64,000 bases of DNA from the NCBI GenBank assembly GCA_030390025.1, contig CM059438.1, forward strand, positions 10,850,001-10,914,000. Direction: 5' to 3'. The notes under the pieces were generated by a model that saw only the letters and a program-made list of their open reading frames with translations, was not told where the DNA came from and did no database searches. The position numbers and the translations under genes are program-made. This DNA is from Squalus acanthias. Its lineage: Eukaryota. Each line of letters begins with the position of its first letter. Position 1 is the stretch's first letter. Below, piece by piece: positions 25,401 to 35,900 of the stretch.

Positions 25401-25616
25401 CTTCCCCTCATGACAGATGATCTCTCCTTCACTCTCTCCATTTCTGGGGGTCTCCCTCCATCCCTCGGGGTTTCTGCTTCAGTAAACCGGTCCAGCGTGG
25501 CCTTTGCCGGTTCCCTCATTGCTTCGCCCTGTGCAGCGCCTCTGATTGCCCCGGTAAGGCCGGGAGTCGAGCGCCGGGCGGTGCAGTGCGCTCAGGCCCT
25601 CCCGGGTCCCACTCAC

Positions 25617-25800
25617 CTCAGAGCGCGCCTCAGGACATCGTGAAGCTCTCAGCCCCGGCTCCCGCAAGGCGCCACCCGCCTCACAACTCGGACTCGCATC
25701 GACAACTGACACCAACATACGCTCATTCACACCATCCGCCGCCGGCCCGGGCTCCTCAAGCTGGTACACGGGTGAGACTCCGAGCCGCATGGGGGCAGCG
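25617..25800 (-). other. GPAM: Candidate first (5'UTR) exon of GPAM; 5' boundary uncertain
   Basis: CpG-rich segment ending in a consensus donor GAG|gtgagt at 25617/25616, oriented towards the GPAM coding exons. Confidence 0.55.
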
Positions 25801-25812
25801 TACCTTCGACCA

Positions 25813-26600
25813 GGCTCCTCCCAGCCGCAGGGTGGCGCTGTGCCCTCTCCTCCCAACCGCAGGGTGGCGCTGTGCCCTCTCCTCCCAACCGCAGGGTGGC
25901 GCTGTGTCCTCTCCTCCCAGCCGCAGGGTGGCGCTGTGTCCTCTCCTCCCAGCCGCAGGGTGGCGCTGTGTCCTCTCCTCCCAGCCACAGGGTGGCGCTG
26001 TGTCCTCTCCTCCTAGCCGCAGGGGGGCGCTGTGGCCTCTCCTCCCAGCCGCAGGGTGGCGCTGTGCCTGCTCCTCCCAGCCGCAGGGTGGCGCTGTGCC
26101 TGCTCCTCCCAGCCGCAGGGTGGCGCTGTGCCCGCTCCTCCCAGCCGCAGGGTGGCGCTTTCAGCTCCTCCTAGCCGCAGGGTGGTGCTGTGCCCGCTCC
26201 TCCCAGCCGCAGGGTGGCGCTGTGCCCTCTCCTCCCAGCCGCAGGGTGGCGCTGTGGCCTCTCATCCCAGCCGCAGGGTGGCGCTGTGTCTGCTCCTCCC
26301 AGCCGCAGGGTGGCGATGTGGCCTCTCCTCCCAGCCGCAGGGTGGCGCGTTCAGCTCCTCCCAGCCGCAGGGTGGCGCTGTGCTCTCTCCTCCCAGCCGC
26401 AGGGTGGCGCGTTCAGCTCCTCCCAGCCGCAGGGTGGCGCTGTGCTCTCTCCTCCCAGCCGCAGGGTGGCGCGTTCAGCTCCTCTCAGCCGCAGGGTGGC
26501 GCTATGTCCGCTCCTCCCAGCCGCAGGGTGGCGCTGTGCTCTCTCCTCCCAGCCGCAGGGTGGCGCGTTCAGCTCCTCTCAGCCGCAGGGTGGCGCTGTA
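25813..26600 (+). repeat. Minisatellite, 25 copies of a 32/30-bp unit (CTCCTCCCAGCCGCAGGGTGGCGCTGTGNCCT), each with a CTCF-like motif
   Basis: Core CCGCAGGGTGGCGC counted 25 times, from 25825 to 26583, at 32 or 30 bp spacing. Confidence 0.95.
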
Positions 26601-26922
26601 GCCGGTTCCAACTCACTCAATTTTCAGCAGCTTCGTCTGATGTGATTTGGAATGTGTATTCATGTTTTTTGCTGTTTCAGGCAGACACAGAGTGATACTG
26701 TATGATTGGTCGTGCATTATTCTGATCGCGGTTTGATTTTCATTTCTTCACATTGAAGTGGTTGAGAATGCGGCCTAGCTTTCATGCCAAGATGGCGGCT
26801 GTGGGAGGGCCCTGGGCCCGCCATGTTCCCCAGGCTCCCCCTGCGACCACAACCGCAGCCCAGCTCCCCAAACACACTGAACACGGGGCCCAGAGAGCAA
26901 GTGCTGCTTCACTCGGGCTCCA

Positions 26923-26961
26923 ATGGAAGTGAACGTGGGTCAGTGGAGAAAGGAAGGACAG
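26923..26961 (+). CDS. SFXN4: SFXN4 exon 1 (MEVNVGQWRKEGQ)
   Basis: ATG at 26923 with an in-frame upstream TGA at 26878; donor CAG|gtaact. Similar to human EPNVRFWITERQ. Confidence 0.8.
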
Positions 26962-29900
26962 GTAACTGTGATTAAATAGATCAGTGATTGATAGAGTGGA
27001 GGTTGTAACTGGAGGACGTTGATGAGATAAGAGGGTGAAGCAAGGTCGTGGAGGGATTTGTGAATGAGGATGCAGAATTTGAATTCTTTCCATTGGAGGA
27101 CAAGGGTGCTAGATGAGCAGGACTGAATACGGAACAGGATCCGAGCCACAACACCTTGTGGATGTGCTCTTGCATTAGAAAGAACACCAGCAACCCTTTA
27201 GGGGGCTATTAATTGGTTAAACAACAACTTGTTAGCAGACTCAATCGTGGTTTTCAAGAGGGAATTGGATAAGTACCTGAAGGATAAAAAATTGCAGGGC
27301 TACGGGGAAAGGGCTGGGAGTGGGACTAGCTGAAGTGCTCTTGCAGAGAGCTGGCACGGGCTCGACAGGCCGAATGGCCTCCTTCTGTGCTGTAACCATT
27401 CTATTATTATTTCTCTATTATTCTATAACTTGCATTTATATAGTGCCTTTAATGTAGTAAAACGTCCCAAGGTGCCTCATAGACAGGAGTGTTAGAAAAC
27501 AAAAATTTGACACTGCCATATTGGGAGATATTAGGGCAGATGACCAAAAGCTTGGTCAAAGAGGTGGGTTTTAAGGAGCGTCTCAAAGGCGGAGAGGTTT
27601 AAGGAGGAAATTCCAGAGCTTAGGCCATTGGCAGCTGAAGGCACAGCCGCCAATGGTTGAGCGATTTATAATCAGGGATGCGCAAGAGACCAGAATTAGA
27701 GGAGCACAGATATCTCAGGGGTTGTGGGGCTGAAGGTGACTACAGAGAGAGGGAGGGGCGAGGCCATGGAGGGATTTGAAAACAAGGATGATAATTTTGA
27801 AATCGAGGCGTTGCTTAACCAGGAGTCAATGTAGGTCAGTGAGGATGGGTGAACAGGACTTGGTGCGGGTTAGGACAAATGCAGCTGAGTTTTGGATGAC
27901 ATAACTAATACTTTAACCAATTAATAGCCCTTGAAGGGTTGCTGGTGTTCTTTATAATGTAATAAGACATCCACAAGCTGTTGTGGCTCGGATCCTGTTC
28001 CGTATTCAGTCCTGCTCATCTGGCACCCTTGTCCTCCAATGGAAAGAATTCAAATTCTGCATCCTCATTCACAAATCCCTCCACGACCTTGCTTCACTCT
28101 CTTATCTCTGCAACGTCCTCCAGCCTAACATCCCAGTCACAACCTCCACTCTTCTGAGCCTGAATTATTGTGTCTGCTCCCCTGCAGCCATGGTGGCCTC
28201 TGATAACTATGGTTATGGTTGGTGCGATATTTGGTCAAATGCTGCCTTAATTACTGGCACCTCTCCTCTGGTAACTAAACTTTGCTAACTTCTGAGTTGT
28301 TAAAAATAAGAACTACAAGGAAAATACTTTTTTTCGTAACAGAGTGTTTGTAACATGTTTACATCCAACAATGAAAGCTTGCAGAAAAAATAGCTTAATG
28401 GGAAAACCTATTGACTTTTGTTGCTTTTGACTGCACAGTACTTTCAAGTATCTCTTAATTGGTGAAAATGTTTCCGCTCCACAAATAATAAACTACAGTC
28501 ATTTTATAAATCTACTTTTGTTTATGTTCTTATTGGACTTAGTTTGATTGTTGTGTTCTGTAGTCCTTCTTCCATAGGTTTCTTCAATGGCTGGATATCC
28601 TGGACCCTACAACATTATTAGCATCAAACGTAAGCAGAGTTTTATTTAAAACAGATGTGATTACATGTAGAATTATGAATAATTGAGTTTTTTTTACTGA
28701 AGGGGTTTGAATGATGTTGTAAACCAGTGAGATTCGTCGTACTTCATTACAAGAGGATTTGAGTACAGGAGTAAAGAAGTCTTACTCCAATATATAGGGC
28801 CTTGGTGAGACCACACCTGGAGTACTGTGCACAATTTTGGTCTCCTTACCGAAGGAAGGATATACTTGCCATAGAGGGAGTGCAACGAAGGTTCACGAGA
28901 TTGATTCCTGGGATGGCGGGACTGTCGTATGAGAAGAGATTGAGTAAACTAGGCCTGTATTCTCTTGAATTCAGAAGAATGAGAGGGGATCTCATTGAAG
29001 CATACAAAATTATTATAGGGCTTGATAGGGTGGATGCTGAGAGAATGTTTCCCTTGGCTGGGGAGTCGAGAACCAGGGGCCACAGCCTCAGAATAAAGGG
29101 TAGGCCATTCAGGACTGAGATGAGAAGAAATTTCTTCACACAGAGGGTGGTGAATCTTTGGAACTCTCTACCCCAGAGGGCTGTGGAGGCTCAGTCATTG
29201 GGTATATTCAAAACAGAAGTCGATAGATTTCTGACTAGTAAGGGCATCAAGGGATATGGTGATAGGGCCGGTGAATGGAGTTGAGGCAGAAGATCAGCCA
29301 TGATCTCATTGAATGGCGGAGCAGGCTCGAAGGGCCGAATGGCCGACTCCTGCTCCTATTTCTTATGTATAGGCACTCCACACAGCCAGAGGCCATTGGC
29401 ATCCCAACTTTTTGTCATCTGTGACCCTTGATTGATCTGCTCATAAACCATACAGTTGTGGGATGTTGCCAGAGCCGGGCTTCACCGCCATTCTCAGTTT
29501 CTTAACTCCAGTGAGAGAAAGTACAGGAAAACTATTTGGAAATAGGACTATCCCAGCATCTGTAGAATGTGAAAGGGCCAAAAGGCAACACTGCACTCCA
29601 TGGAGTCATGAGTGTAGACCTGTGTCCCTTTACTCTGTTGCTCTATGCGGCAGCGGGTTTTGACATGTAATAGCCTCCCTCAAGCACGGCACTGCATGGT
29701 ATTATAGTCTTCTACAAAAAGTCAGTAGCACTCTCCTAGATAGGAAGAAAGCTCATGTACTTTGTAGCTGTTCTCGTGTTCTACAATTCAACAAAAACAA
29801 TAAGAACTTGTATATATCTAACGCCTTTAACATAGTAAAACGTCCCATGGCGCTTCACAGGAGCATTATGAAACAAAATTTGACACCGAGCCACACATAA

Positions 29901-32900
29901 GGAGATATTAGGACAGGTGATCAAAAGCTTGGTCAAAGAGGTAGGTTTTAAGGAGCGTCTTAAAGGAGGAAAGAGAGGTGGTTTCAAAAAAAAATACAAG
30001 GAAGACTTGCATTTATATAGCGCCTTCAATGGCCTCAGGAAGTCTCAAAGCGCTTTACAGCCAATGAAGTGCTTTTTAAGTGTAGTCACTGTTGTAATGT
30101 AGGGAAATACCAGTTTGTGCACAGCAAGGTCCCACAATCAGTAATGAGATAAGTGACCAGATAACCTGATTAAATAATGTCAGTCATACTTCAAAGCATC
30201 AAATGTATATGAGAAAATGAAAGCCAGTCACTTCATGCTGACTTCTAATCTGGAGCTGATGACACATCTGACCATCTGTAAGCTTATCTCCTCAATAGCA
30301 AGTATCCGAATGGACCTCATGACGTGTCTATAAACAACATTTAGATTTTGTGGCCTTCAAGGGACAGCCCAGAGTAAATGCAGCTCCACCTTAGCAGCAG
30401 AATAATGCATTGGTAAATGTTCCTGTTATAAAATAACGTATCATCTGACTTGTTACGAGCAATGCCATGGGAGATCTGCATGCATCAGAGTGTAAAATGG
30501 AAGTCATGCTAATAAAAGTTAAAAATGGAACTCAAGTAACATTGATTGAAGACCTACCTAATTTGTCATCATCATTGCAGGATAATATTTTCACATTATC
30601 CACAGGGAGGTGGATTATTTTGCAGATTTAAACCAAAACTGTTTTAGTGGATGTCTGTAAGTTAATTACAAGACAGAAATCCAGTTGTAGGGACTTTGTT
30701 TCTGGGTTGCTGCTTGAACCTATTGACAGATGACCACATTTGTCTCTGTATTAGAACACCTTGGGTGTTCCAGTCTGAGGGCCATAACACCAAGTTGTTT
30801 GGATGACCCAGTGGAAATATTACTCTTCAGTTGCTTTACATATACTTTTCTCCATACCCAGTGCAAAGGACAGTGAGGAAAGCCCACGGGCTCGATTTTG
30901 TCAATGGGGACGTGATGGAGGCGGGACTCCCACTTTTTGGGTTGTAGTCCCGCCTCCATTGATTTGTGGCCAACCCACGCTATTTTCCCTTGATTGACCT
31001 TGTTAAGCCCGCCCAGCGGGCTCAGCAGGCCAATTAAGGGACACCTGGATACTGGTGACGTCAGCGATTGACATTTCATCTGTCAAGAGCTTTTGACAGA
31101 TGAAATATCAGCGTTTGACAGCTCTGAAGCTGTCAAACACTGACAATCTGTCTTCTAACTTGAGTCCTTCTACTCCGACTCAGTTAGAAAGCAGAGGCTG
31201 CAGCTTTTGACAGCTCAGCGGCCATTCTGCTTTCTGTGCCGGTGAGCTGAGGGACTCCCGAGAACTGAAGGGAGGAAGCCTGGAGGAGAAAGTAAAGGTA
31301 AGTAAAACTTATTAAAACACTTTATACACACACCAAACACACTTACCTCTGCACTCATGCACCCATCACTCACCTGTACACTGGACATCTCGACCCCTCC
31401 AAGCTCTGCAGACCGACGGTCCGCCTCGCTAACTTGGCGTGGTTTGGAGCCGTCGGGCAGCCCACACTTCAGGGCTAAAAATAGGGATTAGCCAAAAAAC
31501 TGCCTGTTAACTACCTGTTAACAGGCAGTTAATTGGCACTAATCTCCTTCCCGCCTCGGGGAGGCGGCTCCCAGCACAGGTCGGGTACCCGCCTCCTGGG
31601 ACATTGGCATGGAGGCGGGATGGGTACGTGCCCCCCCCGAATCTGCAATTTTCCCACCACTCCCGCCTCCAAACCCGCCTCCACGGGGCTTGAAAATCGA
31701 GCCCCACATTTCCTATGAACTGCAACATAACCTTATCCACAAAGTATGATGTGGCTTGCACTGTATTCATTGAGCTTATTCTTATAATGAATTATTGTTC
31801 ACCCCTGGATTGCTACCTCGCAGGCTTAGGGTGAACAATACACCCCTTATAAAGAAAGGAAGACTTGCATTTATATCGCGCCTTTCACGACCTCGGAACG
31901 TCCCAAAGCGCTTTACAGCCAATGAAGTACTTTTTGAAGTGTGGTCACTGTTGTCATGTAGGAAATGCGGCAGCCAATTTGCGCACAGCAAGCTCCCACA
32001 AACTGTCGGGGCCGCCGACGGTGCCGCACTCCCTCAGTGCTGCACGAGAGTGTCAGAGGCGAGTGTGCTACCCGCTGAGCAACGGCTAACACTATATGCT
32101 GTTGAGAAACTCATTGAATATAGTGTGAGACACCTTTTGCCCTTCACATCTCTTCTGTAGACAGAAAAAATACACCAACTTATCATGAGCAATGCCGTCC
32201 GAAATCTGCTGATAGTTTTAGATTGATTTGTTACCTTCAACGGAGGGAAAAATCTGTCTTTCAGTCTTGCTCCCCACACTATATTTACTTCTGAACATGC
32301 AGGGGAGAGTGTGATGAAATGATGCTGCCACTTTACTGTCTTTTTAGAGGTGAGATTATCAGCTGTTTTGGCTTTTACAGAATGAAAGGATGGAAGAACA
32401 ACTTTTTGCCCAGTCTAGAAGGTAGATTTATCGCCCATTCATAGTCATTGGGTGGAAAATCTTGCCCAGGATGTCTTCATGTCACTGCACTGGAGAGGAG
32501 CAGATGATCGGCCTTGCCTGTTTCCATGCAGCTCTGACACCAGCCACTCAGAGGTGTGAGGATATTCCCAGGGCATTTCCCTGTCTCTCTCTTTTTCTGC
32601 TGTTGATGAAACACAGGCCTCTGCCCAGGTCCTCCTGCTGTGACGTAGTTGGGAAAGCGGACCCCCCTCCACACCCCCTCCCCTGCCTTCATCCCCACGG
32701 TGGCATCTCGTGGCATGCACCCGTGTCCTACTAAATGGAACAGGCCATTAGCACTGATGCATTGCCGATAGCCACGTCGCCCAATGGAAAAAAAATTCTA
32801 AAAGTTGTGATTCATGGGAATGATTTGAGTGTACTACATGACACTGAGCAGTGTTCAAATTAATGAGTGGAAGTTTGTCAGAAGTAGGTATCAGTTGGTT

Positions 32901-35900
32901 GTTTCCAATAAAATAACAATCTCAGAACTGTTATTAAAAACTGTTTGTGTACTTCAACAGAAGGAAATAGAAAATGCTCAAACTCTGCTTCAGAGCAGCC
33001 CCCCGAGTCTGAAGGAGACAGTGAAAGATGAAAAGGTGAGGCAGCCGGAGAGCAAAAATAAGCTGCTGTAAAAGGTAGCCTTCTCTGAGGTTTTCATTTT
33101 ATACTTTATTTACTTCTGTAACTTATTTGCTTTCTGGTCATGTGTTTTTAACTGCTCCAGTTTTTTAAAAAACTTTTTTTCCCCTTTCAGATTAAAGCAG
33201 CGTTGAAACTTACTCTGGTGAGCAAACTTTCTTGAAAGCTGGCTGAGCTCGTCAAGGGCACACTGAATCACCGACACAGATCCTGTCTATAACTAGACCG
33301 TGCTCATTGTTGTCACAAGAATCTCCAGTAAAAAGTTAATGATGGGCATGTGAAAGAAAGAATACCAACACGAGCAGCTTGGGCCAAATGGCCTGTTTCA
33401 GTTATGTGATTTCTATGAACTGGCATTTATATAGAACCTTTCACATCCTCAGGGCGTCCCTTTACAGCCAATTAATTATTCTTGAGGTGTCGCCACCGAT
33501 GGGTTGTAGGCAAAGGTGGCAACCAACTTGCACACAGCAAGGTCCCACAAACAGCAGTGAGATAAGTGATCTCTTTTTGATAGTTTTGGTTGAGGGATGA
33601 ATGTGGAATTCTTGCAGTATGTCCACAAGCAATGAACATCAATCAGCTAGCTGGTGAAAGTTACCAGTTAATAGGATGCTTTGAATTCAGACCTGGTCCG
33701 CCTGATCACTAGTTAAACACCCACCTCTATAGTTGCTAGGAAACCAGAAGAAGGCGAACTTCAAAATCAAATTGTCAACTTGGGTGCTGTCACTTTTGCA
33801 CCTGTAATCCCCACACTGCAACCTCCTGATCATCACTGAATTTGTTTTGGTGTATGGAGGTAAGACATGTCAAGTGAGGATTAGGTGTTACTTCATGGGT
33901 AAGGGGGTTTGGTAAATGTGTGGTCCTCCCATCTGCTTTTTTATATCTCTTAAGGACATCTTTTAGAACAGCATTAGCACAGGCTCAGGAGGAGGTCTCT
34001 GTTTGCTCTCTCTCTCTCACAAGCAATGATGCAAAACATGGGGACAAGGGAACTGTTAACCTATTTAGTGAATTTAATAGGGAAGTGGGAAACTTGGGGA
34101 AAGGGACAAAATATGAATCATGAAACACAAAATGAAAATGCACTGTATATGAATTTGTGAGATTTAGAAACCAGAAATAACAGGAACAGGAACAGGAGTA
34201 GACCATTCAGCCACTCGAGCCTGCTCCACCATTCCATTAGATCATGGTTGATCTGCACCTCAACTCCATTTACCGGCCTTTGTTCCCTATCCTTTGATAC
34301 CCTTACCTAACAAAAATCTATCTCTCAATCTTGAAAGATAGTCCTATTATCCTCATTTTTTGCGGGGCGGCGATGAGAGAGTTCTAGATTTCTACTACCC
34401 TTTGTGTAAAAAAAAAAAGTGTATCCTGATTTCGCTCCTGAATGGCCTCACTCTAATTTTAAGATTATGCCCTCTTGTTCTGGATTCCCCTACCAGAGGA
34501 TATAGTTTCTCCGTATCTACCCTATCAAATCCCTTTAGCATTTTAAATACCTCGATTAGATCACCCTTCAATCTAATATACTCAAGGAAATACAAACTAA
34601 ATTTATGCAACCTGTCCTCACAATTTAACACTCAAAGCCCGGTGGTATTCTGGTGAACTTGTGCTGCCCTGTACTCCCTCCAAGGCCAATATATCCTTCC
34701 CGAGGTGCGGTGCCCAAATCTGAACACAGTACTCCAGATGGGGGTCTGACCAAGGCTCTGTACAACGGAAGCACAACTTCCTCCCCTTTGTATTCCAACC
34801 CCCTTGAGATAAAGACCGACATTCCATTAGCGTTTGTGATAACACACTTTCTTTTTTTAACAACACTTGACCACTTGCTTTCTGTTTACAACAGCACTTG
34901 ATACGGTGTTGATGTAGGTGAAAATATTTGTGACTTTATACATCTTGTTACTGATACAAATGTCTGTCTTCCTTTGTAACTGATAATAGCAAATGTAATT
35001 ACTTATCATTACATGTACCATGTAATTTGGCAAATACTGCTCAATGATCAGTCTTTAATCCTTAGCATTTTTGCCAGTGTCCACCGGTGCTGTGGTTAAT
35101 GTAATGCCCATTTCTTTACCCTCTGTCTCCTCAGTCTTCGGTTCATCCAGACACTGGCGATGTGCTGCCAACAGTATTCCGTGCTTCAGGTGAGTGTTGT
35201 TCACATCATTCAGTATTTGTTGGCCTCCTTCCTTGTATTTCTTTGTTTCGGGATCAATAGTGGTTTCCTGTGACGTTGCTCACGGGTAGTCTGGAGCACA
35301 GCTGCTAACCTGACCTGTCCCTTTTTAAAGCCAAAAAGTCCAGTTGCTGTAAATAAGCACACCCGGAAGGCCAATTAGAGGCTAATTGCTGGTGAAGTTT
35401 TTCTGTAGATTGACAACTCCTTGTAAATCCTTGGCTGCCCTCCAAGGTCAAAAGAAACCAGTGCAAAATGACTGGCTTGCTTTCTCTTTTTTTTAAATGA
35501 ATACAAATTTGCATGTGTGACAAAGTGTGATTAATGCATATCAAAACATTTATGTATGGACATATATTATGAAATAAACATGTGTGTGTGTTACATAATA
35601 TGAAATAAGTACTGTTCTTTTTCTCCCTCCCCCAGCATTCACACCATTTGCTGTCCCTTTGGTAAGTGCTAAAATTCCAACATGTGAATATTTAGTTGAA
35701 TGGCTCAATTTGCCATGGACTCCTTTTCCCTACTTCCAAAATAGTTGGAAGTAGTTTCTGCTCATTGAATCAGAGGAGATGCTGTTTATGTCAATATAAC
35801 ATAGCAGTTTCCAAATTCTGTGCTGTTCTGCAGTAAATAACACCTCTGTTTTAAGATGATACAGTAATGCCTTGTTAACTTTTTGATGTGTAGGGAACGT

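Larger units (their letters stand above)
25450..26960. promoter_or_regulatory. CpG-island / probable bidirectional promoter region of GPAM and SFXN4
   Basis: High GC and CpG density against an AT-rich background. Reverse CCAAT box (ATTGG) at 26705-26709 and a perfect YY1 motif CAAGATGGCGGC at 26788-26799. Divergent first exons on either side. Confidence 0.65.

Noticed and set aside
25813-26600. CRISPR-like array (32-bp period)
   Set aside because: Units are contiguous tandem copies without unique spacers; vertebrate context and no cas genes.
25813-26600. PRDM9 hotspot motif (CCTCCC...CC.C)
   Set aside because: Spacing does not fit the human 13-mer, and PRDM9 specificity is lineage-specific.
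24502-26695. Long ORFs of 150-369 aa on both strands
   Set aside because: They are translations of the two minisatellites, open in several frames at once, with no domain similarity.
28802-29284. 160-aa ORF here and 215-aa ORF at 56611-57258 as host genes
   Set aside because: They are CR1 reverse-transcriptase C-termini in 5'-truncated copies.
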